Origin: Candidatus Omnitrophota bacterium
GTDB lineage: Bacteria > Omnitrophota > Gorgyraeia > Velamenicoccales > JABMQK01
Direction of reading: 5' to 3'
DNA: 64,000 nt
Assembly (NCBI GenBank): GCA_028711115.1
Contig: JAQTSV010000001.1
Coordinates: 518,032-582,031, forward strand
The translations under genes and the position numbers were made by a program. The notes under the pieces are model-generated. The model was not told the origin of the DNA. It ran no database searches and saw only the letters and a list, made by a program, of their open reading frames with translations. The first letter of the stretch is position 1, and the number at the start of each line of letters is the position of its first letter. Shown here piece after piece: positions 35,189-42,471 of this stretch.

Positions 35189-35973
35189 AAAATCTTTTTA
35201 GGCACTGGGATAATTTGGAAAAAGAGTTAAGCAATAAGTATATTATGCTATTTTTAGATTATGATGGTACCTTGACTCCTATTGTTAGTACGCCAGAAAA
35301 GGCATTTATTTCGCGAGAAGTAAAGGAATTGCTGATCGGATTATCAAAAAGCCCCAAGTGCAAATTAGCCATTATTAGCGGCCGGGCCTTAAAAGATATT
35401 AAGAATATTATAGGATTAAAGAATATTATTTATTCCGGAAATCATGGATTAGAAATAGAAGGGCCAAAGATTAAGTTTGAACCTTTGGTTTCTCCAAAAT
35501 ACAGGATGATTTTAAGGCACATAAAAAACAATTTGCAGCAAAAAATATCTTATATCCGGGGAGCCTTTGTAGAAGATAAAGGGTTTTCTTTGAGCCTACA
35601 TTATCGCTTGGTAGATAAAAAACAGATTCCGCAAATTAAAACAATCTTTCATGAAACAGTAATTTCATATCTTGTGTGCAATAAAATAAAGATTAAACCC
35701 GGGAAAATGGTTTTAGAAATCAGGCCTCCTATAAAATGGGATAAGGGCAGGGTGGTCTTATGGCTTTTGACAAGACAGATTTTCGCTGCCCAAAAAGGTA
35801 TGGTCTTTCCGATTTATATAGGGGATGACGCTACCGATGAAGACGCATTTAAGGCATTAAAGAATAAAGGGTTGACTATATTTGTGGGCAAGCCCAAAGA
35901 ATCTTACGCACAATACTATTTAAAGAATCCGAAGGAAGTAGTTGGTTTCTTAAGAAGAATATCAGAAATATAA
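35185..35973 (+). CDS. otsB: Trehalose-6-phosphate phosphatase (HAD family)
   Basis: LFLDYDGTL (DxDGT nucleophile motif), ISGR and YIGDDATDEDAF. Confidence 0.85.
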   Translation: MKNLFRHWDNLEKELSNKYIMLFLDYDGTLTPIVSTPEKAFISREVKELLIGLSKSPKCKLAIISGRALKDIKNIIGLKNIIYSGNHGLEIEGPKIKFEPLVSPKYRMILRHIKNNLQQKISYIRGAFVEDKGFSLSLHYRLVDKKQIPQIKTIFHETVISYLVCNKIKIKPGKMVLEIRPPIKWDKGRVVLWLLTRQIFAAQKGMVFPIYIGDDATDEDAFKALKNKGLTIFVGKPKESYAQYYLKNPKEVVGFLRRISEI

Positions 35974-35980
35974 ACGAGAT

Positions 35981-36652
35981 ATGCCCGAATTAATAAAAGC
36001 AAAAGAGCCGTTTAAGTTTTGCACGAGATTACACTTATCAGAGTTGACCGGATTGCGAGCCACCAACTTGGGCCAGCTTTTGGCTCTTATCAAGGAAGTG
36101 TCCGGTTCATGCATTTATCACCATACCCATAGATTCCTGCAACAGCACCAGTTCCTTTCTCCGGAGCCCCCTAATGACTTTGCTTACTGGGTAACGGATA
36201 CTCTGGGAGAAGATGAGCTTGGGGAAAGGCTGGTTAGTATTGATACAATTCAATATTCAACTATCCGGGATTTGCGCGAAGAGATTGCCTTAACCATTGA
36301 AAACTATCTGAATGATAACCCATTGGCCAAATTGAAATTTGCCAAATCAGGGGAAGAGTTTCATTTTATTAAGTCAGTAAGTTTTATTCTGCCGACAAAC
36401 TATATTGTTTATGATTTAAAGGAGTTTGTGGAGATTCTAAAGAAAATCACCATTGATTCTATTTATTTTCATATTTTTGAAGCGCGCTTAAGGCTTGAGA
36501 AGCCGACTAATGACTTTTCATTTTGGATAGAAAACTCTTTAGGCGATAAAGAATTGGCGCATAAGATTTCCGGTTTTGATCCCTATACCCTCACATTAGA
36601 GGATTTAAGAAATAAAATTATACAAATAGTTGAAAGAAGGATAGCTGGCTAG
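35981..36652 (+). CDS. Uncharacterised protein made of two homologous halves
   Basis: Half 1 reads F.F...HLSELTG..A.NL.QLL.LIKEV...SIYHH...FL......P.NDFAYWV.DTLGEDELGE.L. It repeats as FHF...ILPT.Y.V.DLKEFVEILKKI...SIYFH.FE..L....PTNDFSFWIENSLGDKELA.KI. Confidence 0.4.
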   Translation: MPELIKAKEPFKFCTRLHLSELTGLRATNLGQLLALIKEVSGSCIYHHTHRFLQQHQFLSPEPPNDFAYWVTDTLGEDELGERLVSIDTIQYSTIRDLREEIALTIENYLNDNPLAKLKFAKSGEEFHFIKSVSFILPTNYIVYDLKEFVEILKKITIDSIYFHIFEARLRLEKPTNDFSFWIENSLGDKELAHKISGFDPYTLTLEDLRNKIIQIVERRIAG

Positions 36653-37867
36653 ATGGCAAGAATAGAAGAATATATCCCTTTGGTAGGGCAGGCTGTTATT
36701 GACGATTTGAGATTGCTCGGCGAGCGGTTAAAGGGCAAGGTCATCCAGCATATAAATTCTACCCCTGTGGGTGGCGGAGTCGCCGAGATATTAAACCGCA
36801 TGATTCCCTTATTGAGAGAATTGGGTGTGGATACAAAATGGGATGTTATAAAAGGCGGAGAGCAATTTTTTGATGTGACAAAGAAGTTCCATAATGCCCT
36901 GCATGGCAGAGCTGAAGAGATAACTCAAAGGGATTTTGAAATATTTTTGGAAACAAGCCAGCAGAATATCGAAAGCGTTGATACCTGCGAAGACATAGTT
37001 TTTATCCATGATCCGCAGCCAATAGCCCTGATAAAAAAGAAATCCTCTAATAAATGGCTTTGGCGCTGTCATATTGACGTGTCTAATCCTAATGAAAGAG
37101 TTTGGGGATTTCTTAGAGATTTTATCGTTCAATACGATTCAGCAGTATTTTCTGCTCCTGTTTTCTCACGGAAGTTGCCTATTAGACAATTTTTGATTCC
37201 TCCTTCCATTGACCCTTTAAGCGATAAAAATAAAGAATTACCTCAGGAAACAATAAATTCTGTCTTGAGAAAATACGATATCAAAAAAGATAAACCAATT
37301 GTCATTCAGATATCTCGCTTTGACCGCTTGAAAGACCCAATAGGCGTAATCGAAGCATATCTACAGGTTAAAAAATATATTAATTGCCAGTTGGTTTTAG
37401 CTGGTGGCACCGCAGAGGATGATCCGGAAGGATTTAAAGTTTTAGGGGAAGTCAAAGAAAGAGCCAAGAGCGACCCTGACATCCATATTTTACTATTGCC
37501 ACAGAATGATTTGGAGGTTAACGCATTACAAAGGGCATCAGATATAATTGTTCAGAAGTCTCTCAAGGAAGGATTCGGTTTAACGGTTGCAGAGGCTTTA
37601 TGGAAAGCAAAACCTGTTGTAGCTTCAAATGTCGGGGGTATTCCTTTGCAAATAAAACATAAATATTCAGGATTGTTGTGTCATTCCGTCGAAGGAGCCA
37701 GTTTCGCCATAAAACAATTCCTAAGCAGTCCCGAATACGCCAAAAAATTAGGAGAAAATGGGCGTGAACATATAAAAAATAATTTTTTAATTACACGTCA
37801 TTTAAGAGATTATATGTTATTGTTTCTTTCTTTATATCATCCTGAAGATATTGTTCATCTGTGTTAA
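36653..37867 (+). CDS. treT: Trehalose glycosyltransferring synthase-like GT4 glycosyltransferase (TreT-like)
   Basis: The N-terminus (HINSTPVGGGVAEILNRMIPLLRELGVDTKWDVIKGGEQFFDVTKKFHNALHG) closely resembles archaeal TreT as I recall it. The GT4 C-terminal E(x7)E region is present (KEGFGLTVAEALWKAKPVV). Confidence 0.7.
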   Translation: MARIEEYIPLVGQAVIDDLRLLGERLKGKVIQHINSTPVGGGVAEILNRMIPLLRELGVDTKWDVIKGGEQFFDVTKKFHNALHGRAEEITQRDFEIFLETSQQNIESVDTCEDIVFIHDPQPIALIKKKSSNKWLWRCHIDVSNPNERVWGFLRDFIVQYDSAVFSAPVFSRKLPIRQFLIPPSIDPLSDKNKELPQETINSVLRKYDIKKDKPIVIQISRFDRLKDPIGVIEAYLQVKKYINCQLVLAGGTAEDDPEGFKVLGEVKERAKSDPDIHILLLPQNDLEVNALQRASDIIVQKSLKEGFGLTVAEALWKAKPVVASNVGGIPLQIKHKYSGLLCHSVEGASFAIKQFLSSPEYAKKLGENGREHIKNNFLITRHLRDYMLLFLSLYHPEDIVHLC

Positions 37868-37960
37868 TTTATGGTATGGAATTTTGAAAAACTAAAATCC
37901 CAGCCACTGAAATTCGTTTAAAAGTTATTGTAGATAAATTTTTTTGTTAATACAAGGGTT

Positions 37961-38035
37961 CGGAAGTTTCTTATTTCCGGAGGATTTGTGATGGTCGGGC
38001 CGCCATCTGGCTTTGTAAGCCAGGTGGCGTTTTTA
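37961..38035 (+). promoter_or_regulatory. Riboswitch-like attenuator, copy B
   Basis: CGGAAGT/ATTTCCG hairpin, then GATGG-TCGGGCCG-CCATC. The competing terminator is CGCCATCTGGCT-ttgta-AGCCAGGTGGCG + T5. Lies upstream of the first mini-ORF. Confidence 0.5.
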
Positions 38036-38053
38036 TTAATAAAGGGAGAGAGT

Positions 38054-38152
38054 ATGGATAGGACAATGTGGTTTATATTTATAATAATGGGAGTATGTAT
38101 TTTGGCGGGGATATTATGCGTAATTTTTACAATTACCCATAATATTGGATAA
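38054..38152 (+). CDS. 32-aa single-TM mini-protein
   Basis: My translation: MDRTMWFIFIIMGVCILAGILCVIFTITHNIG. RBS AAGGGAGAG. Not in the ORF track because it is under 60 aa. Confidence 0.4.
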   Translation: MDRTMWFIFIIMGVCILAGILCVIFTITHNIG

Positions 38153-38163
38153 GGAGGAGTGGA

Positions 38164-38298
38164 TTGAAACCGGGCAATTGGATACTTATGATAATTTTGT
38201 GGGCTTGTATTTTGAGCCCCCTGATTTTTTTTGTTTTAGATAAATATTTTAAGAGGAAAAGTTGGATTAATTATAAGTTTGCAAGAAGGAGAGGATAA
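38164..38298 (+). CDS. 44-aa single-TM mini-protein (TTG start)
   Basis: MKPGNWILMIILWACILSPLIFFVLDKYFKRKSWINYKFARRRG. Perfect AGGAGG lies 6 nt upstream of the TTG. Confidence 0.4.
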   Translation: MKPGNWILMIILWACILSPLIFFVLDKYFKRKSWINYKFARRRG

Positions 38299-38300
38299 AA

Positions 38301-38435
38301 ATGTTAAAGGTAGATCCCGTGAATATCTTTGTATTTATTATAGTTGTTGTCTTTCTTTCTTTCGTTATCTATGTTGCGGTTCAGGGCAGGATTGAAGAAC
38401 GAAAGGGCAAAAAGGAACAGGAAAATAAAAAGTAA
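38301..38435 (+). CDS. 44-aa single-TM mini-protein
   Basis: MLKVDPVNIFVFIIVVVFLSFVIYVAVQGRIEERKGKKEQENKK. RBS AAGGAGAGG. Starts 2 nt after the previous stop. Confidence 0.45.
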   Translation: MLKVDPVNIFVFIIVVVFLSFVIYVAVQGRIEERKGKKEQENKK

Positions 38436-38500
38436 AGGAATAGGTGCGCATTGAAGCGATATCCTGAACATTAAAGCGGATTAAGAAATAGGAGATATGG

Positions 38501-38599
38501 ATGTCAGTAGGAATATGGCAACAATTAGGAGCATTGGTTCTTGCGGTTTTGTTCTCGCTATTATTTAATTCTATGAATAGTAGAGGATCAAGAAGATAA
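38501..38599 (+). CDS. 32-aa single-TM mini-protein
   Basis: MSVGIWQQLGALVLAVLFSLLFNSMNSRGSRR. RBS AGGAG. Confidence 0.35.
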   Translation: MSVGIWQQLGALVLAVLFSLLFNSMNSRGSRR

Positions 38600-38866
38600 A
38601 GAATCAAGTTAAGCAAAAGATAAAAAGTAATTTGCAAAGCAAAGAAAATAAGCAAGAGTAAAATAAAGAACAAGATAAATCTCAACAAAAGAAATAATTA
38701 AAGAGGGGAGAATGATCCTGATTTGATTAAAATTTGCTATTTGTATAGCAATAATTTTCTTTAGTGGCAAACGAGTAGCAAAATATGGTAAAGATATCCA
38801 GCTAAAAGAGGATGGCGTTTTTACATATATTTATGAATCATGCATTAAACACGGAAGAAACAAAAC

Positions 38867-38958
38867 TTGACAATTCGGGAAAACATGCTATACTTTCTAT
38901 AACAATGAAGTTTAGTTAGGCAAAGAAGCCCCAAAATAAATTTGGGGTTTTCGCATTT
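38867..38958 (+). ncRNA. Candidate short transcript: sigma70-like promoter followed about 35 nt later by an intrinsic terminator
   Basis: TTGACA (38867) - 16 nt - TATACT (38889). Terminator CCCCAAA-ataaa-TTTGGGG + TTTTCGCATTTT (38929-38958). Confidence 0.3.
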
Positions 38959-39087
38959 TAGGGACAAAGACGCCCTTTTTAGAGCAGAGAATGCTTTGAA
39001 AAGGGTTTAATTTTTTTATAGACAGAGGCGTCTTCTATCCAATGGCGGGATGAGGACGCCTTTTCTTTTTTAAAATGGCGGTAAAAT

Positions 39088-39600
39088 ATGGATTTTAAAA
39101 TATTGTTAGAGAAAATAACACCCGCGCTTAAACATATCGCACGCAAACACTTGTTCCGTGGTTTTTACAGCGAGGAAGACCTTTATCAGGAGATGTGCCT
39201 TTATCTGTGGCAACATTACGGACAAGGACTGCCCATAGGTATAAATGAGGCCTATGTAATCAAGGGATGCGAATTTCATATACAGAATTTCCTGAGAAAA
39301 GGAAGACCAAGGGTAATGCTCTCGAGCCTTGATGAGCTTATAACCCCTGAAGGGCTGACGCTGGGCGATATCCTCGAAGATAAAAAAGAGGATTTTCGTT
39401 CAGGCGTAGAAAACAAGCTTACGGTTGATGAAATAATAAATTTGGGTTTAAGCGATAGAGAGAAATCGGTACTTTTTTGCCTGCTTAAAGGACAGACGGT
39501 GCGTGAGGCAGCGAAGGAGTTGGGAGTTTCGCATGTTATGATTTTAAAGTACAAAAAGAGCATAATAAAAAAATGGCGCAAAAGAGGTTACCAAAGATAA
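39088..39600 (+). CDS. Sigma-70 family (ECF-like, regions 2 and 4) RNA polymerase sigma factor
   Basis: Region-2-like EEDLYQEMCLYLW. C-terminal HTH LSDREKSVLFCLLKGQTVREAAKELGVSHVMI. Confidence 0.65.
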   Translation: MDFKILLEKITPALKHIARKHLFRGFYSEEDLYQEMCLYLWQHYGQGLPIGINEAYVIKGCEFHIQNFLRKGRPRVMLSSLDELITPEGLTLGDILEDKKEDFRSGVENKLTVDEIINLGLSDREKSVLFCLLKGQTVREAAKELGVSHVMILKYKKSIIKKWRKRGYQR

Positions 39601-39661
39601 GCTATTTTTACTTAATATAAAGTAAGAAGTTGAACGAAGACACGCAGGTGTGTTAATACAA

Positions 39662-39696
39662 AGGTGTTCTTAGGGCAAGAACACCTTTAATGTTTT
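39662..39696 (+). terminator. Rho-independent terminator after the sigma gene
   Basis: AGGTGTTCTT-agggc-AAGAACACCT (10-bp perfect stem) followed by TTAATGTTTT. Confidence 0.6.
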
Positions 39697-39749
39697 AGGC
39701 ATATGCAGGCGTCTTTATTATAGGTAAGAATTGTAAGGAGTAAAGACAG

Positions 39750-40535
39750 GTGAAAAGATTCAGTATTTTGGTTATCGGTATTTTTAGTTTTTACTTTTTG
39801 ATTTTAGGTATTACCTTAGTTTATGCTACTCCTTCAACTCATATCTGGTCACCATCAACGGATATCCAGCCTTATAGAAAAGTCCATGTTACCTCGGATT
39901 TTTATTTTCCTGTTGATAAAAAGGATTTAAACGACAACCGAGTCTACACAGGAGAGGTTTATGGCTTGACTTTTAGTTTATTATCTGATGACCCAAACAA
40001 GAATCCTCTCGGAAAAGTTATGGCCGAGGCAGGATTCGACTATAAAAAAGGTTTTGGTTCTTTTCTGGATACCTATCCCTGGTATTTTCATTTTAAATTA
40101 GGTGTTCCCGAAGATGCCTATTTTAAAAATATGCCGGCTTTGGCTTTCGGTGGTTATGATTTAGGCATTAAACACAATGTGACCGATTATGATATTTGGT
40201 ATGCAAAAACCGCAAAGACATTTGTCATAGATAAGTTGAATCTGGGTAGATTTTCAGTAGGTTATTTCAAAGGTAGCAAACCCCTTCTTCTTAATAAAGA
40301 CAGAGAGAGAGATAACAAAGGTATTATGCTTGCCTGGGAACGTACTATGTCAGAAATTTCTGACAGGCTTTGGATATGTGCTGATTATCAGGCTACGCAG
40401 TCTTCTTACGGTGCGATGAACTACGGATTTGCCTGGAAGTTTACCGATAATATTTCGGCAATAGCAGGTTATGAAATATACAATAATCCGAATTTGAGAG
40501 ACACCATAACATTTCAGTTGGATGTCGATTTCTAA
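39750..40535 (+). CDS. Secreted beta-rich protein, probable outer-membrane porin-like protein
   Basis: Signal peptide (ILVIGIFSFYFLILGITLVYA), alternating aromatic/polar pattern and a C-terminal ...TFQLDVDF (terminal Phe). Lies directly upstream of amtB. Confidence 0.4.
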   Translation: MKRFSILVIGIFSFYFLILGITLVYATPSTHIWSPSTDIQPYRKVHVTSDFYFPVDKKDLNDNRVYTGEVYGLTFSLLSDDPNKNPLGKVMAEAGFDYKKGFGSFLDTYPWYFHFKLGVPEDAYFKNMPALAFGGYDLGIKHNVTDYDIWYAKTAKTFVIDKLNLGRFSVGYFKGSKPLLLNKDRERDNKGIMLAWERTMSEISDRLWICADYQATQSSYGAMNYGFAWKFTDNISAIAGYEIYNNPNLRDTITFQLDVDF

Positions 40536-40558
40536 AGGCAGAGAAAAAGGGAGGGAAA

Positions 40559-41788
40559 ATGATTAATGCAGGAGATACGGCGTGGGTTTTGATTTCAGCG
40601 GCTTTGGTAATGTTGATGACGCCTGGTTTGGCTTTCTTTTATGGAGGCATGGTCCGCAAAAAGAATGTGCTGAGTGTTTTAATGCAATGTTTCATTGTAT
40701 TGTGTTTGCTGAGCGTGCAGTGGGTTTTATACGGCTACAGCATTTCTTTTGCTCCAGGCGAAGGTTTTTGGGGCGGCTTTAAATGGTTTGGTTTAAATGG
40801 CGTGGGTTTAGAGCCTTATTCTGACTATGCCGCAACCATTCCGCATCAGGCGTTTATGATTTTTCAGGCAATGTTTGCCATTATTACCCCGGCTCTAATA
40901 ATCGGGGCATTTGCCGAAAGAATGAAATTTTCTGCTTTTTTGATTTTTATATTACTCTGGTCGACCTTTGTGTATGGGCCGGTCTGCCATTGGGTTTGGG
41001 GCGTAGGCGGATGGTTAAGAAAATTAGGCGCACTTGATTTTGCCGGCGGCACAGTTGTCCATATTAATGCCGGTATTGCCGCTTTAGCCACTGCTTTGGT
41101 AATCGGAAAAAGAAAGAATATTGAGAAAAACATACCAGCTCCGCATAATATGTCTTTTGTGGTTTTGGGCACGGCGTTACTTTGGTTCGGATGGTTTGGG
41201 TTTAATGCAGGAAGCGCCTTGGCAGCAAACGGTTTGGCGGTGAATGCCTTTGTAGTAACCAATACTGCTGCAGCAGCTGCGGGTTTGAGCTGGGCATTTA
41301 TAGAATGGATACGCAATGGCAAACCTACAATATTTGGAGCAGCCAGCGGGGCTGTGGCGGGTTTGGTGGCAATTACTCCTGCTGCAGGTTTTGTGAGCGT
41401 AATCCCGGCGATACTAATTGGTATATTGGTAAGCGTATTTTGTTTTATTTCCGTCGGTATTGTTAAGCCCAGGATGGGCTATGATGATGCCTTAGATGCA
41501 TTTGGCGTGCATTGTATAGGCGGAATCTGGGGGGCATTGGCAACCGGTTTATTTGCCTCCAAGGCAGTAAACTCGGCAGGCGCAGACGGTTTGTTTTTCG
41601 GTAATCCGAAGCAATTCATAATCCAGCTCGCCGCAGTTGGCGCTACGCTTATATATTCATTTGTGGCGACTACGATAATTTATAAAGTAATCGATTTAAT
41701 CATGGTTGTGCGGGTGAACGAAAAAGAAGAAGCCATGGGTCTGGATCTTACCCAGCATCATGAAAGAGCCTGTACTGTATTGGAATAG
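40559..41788 (+). CDS. amtB: Ammonium transporter
   Basis: Motifs DTAWVLISAALVMLMTPGLAFFYGG, DFAGGTVVHINAG and VHCIGGIWGAL. Confidence 0.9.
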   Translation: MINAGDTAWVLISAALVMLMTPGLAFFYGGMVRKKNVLSVLMQCFIVLCLLSVQWVLYGYSISFAPGEGFWGGFKWFGLNGVGLEPYSDYAATIPHQAFMIFQAMFAIITPALIIGAFAERMKFSAFLIFILLWSTFVYGPVCHWVWGVGGWLRKLGALDFAGGTVVHINAGIAALATALVIGKRKNIEKNIPAPHNMSFVVLGTALLWFGWFGFNAGSALAANGLAVNAFVVTNTAAAAAGLSWAFIEWIRNGKPTIFGAASGAVAGLVAITPAAGFVSVIPAILIGILVSVFCFISVGIVKPRMGYDDALDAFGVHCIGGIWGALATGLFASKAVNSAGADGLFFGNPKQFIIQLAAVGATLIYSFVATTIIYKVIDLIMVVRVNEKEEAMGLDLTQHHERACTVLE

Positions 41789-41884
41789 TAACTTTACTCC
41801 TTGCCTATACACTGCAAAAATCTCTACGATATTTTTGCAGTAGGCTTCGGAGTGATTTGCAGGTAAAGAAAGCGAGGGCAAATC

Positions 41885-42226
41885 ATGAAATTAATCATTG
41901 CTATAATTCAGCCGGATAAATTGGAAGAAGTAAAAGAGGAACTTTACAGGGTAGAGGTTAACCTGATTACAGTGAGTGAGGTTTTAGGGCACGGCCGCCA
42001 AAAAGGAGTTACGGAGATTTATCGCGGCGCAAAAGAATCCGGCAACCTCTTAAGGAAAGTACGGCTTGAAATTGCTGTAAATGAGAATTTTGTTGAGCCG
42101 ACAGTTAATGCAATCATAAAAGGCGCAAAGACCGGGGAAACTGGTGACGGAAAAATATTCATCCTGGATCTCAAAGAATGCATTCGTATCCGTACCGAAG
42201 AACGTGGTTCTTTAGCCATAGGTTAA
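41885..42226 (+). CDS. glnB: Nitrogen regulatory protein P-II
   Basis: [20 protein letters not shown]-loop GRQKG.TEIYRGA and GDGKIFI. Confidence 0.9.
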   Translation: MKLIIAIIQPDKLEEVKEELYRVEVNLITVSEVLGHGRQKGVTEIYRGAKESGNLLRKVRLEIAVNENFVEPTVNAIIKGAKTGETGDGKIFILDLKECIRIRTEERGSLAIG

Positions 42227-42413
42227 AAGGTCATGGAAGGAAATTTTTCTTTAAATAGTTATCTTGATCCCATTGCCAAGATTTGGGGTAATAATAAAGT
42301 CCAGCTTCCGTTATTCAGCAAGCGGGCCAAGACAGGGCTCAAGAAAGCAAGGCATAAAAAATTAAAAAAATAGGTTACCAAAACATACTGTTTTTTACTT
42401 ATATATAAAGTAG

Positions 42414-42429
42414 TGGTAACATTATTGCA
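42414..42429 (+). promoter_or_regulatory. sigma54-type (-24/-12) promoter candidate upstream of glnA
   Basis: TGGTAACATTATTGCA has GG and GC separated by exactly 10 nt and a TTGCA -12 element, compared with the consensus TGGCACG-N4-TTGCA. Confidence 0.45.
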
Positions 42430-42471
42430 GCGAGGTATGCACAAGGTTTGTGCAAAGACAGATTAAAACAA

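Noticed and set aside
38365-38688. 107-aa minus-strand ORF in the ORF track.
   Set aside because: It is a Leu/Phe/Ile low-complexity translation of an A/G-rich plus-strand tract, and it is antisense to four well-formed plus-strand mini-ORFs that have RBSs. It has no start context.
41812-41840. Perfect 10-bp hairpin (CTGCAAAAAT-9 nt-ATTTTTGCAG) between amtB and glnB, considered as a terminator.
   Set aside because: No U-tract follows it, and amtB-glnB are normally co-transcribed. It may be an mRNA processing or stability element, but nothing more can be supported from sequence.
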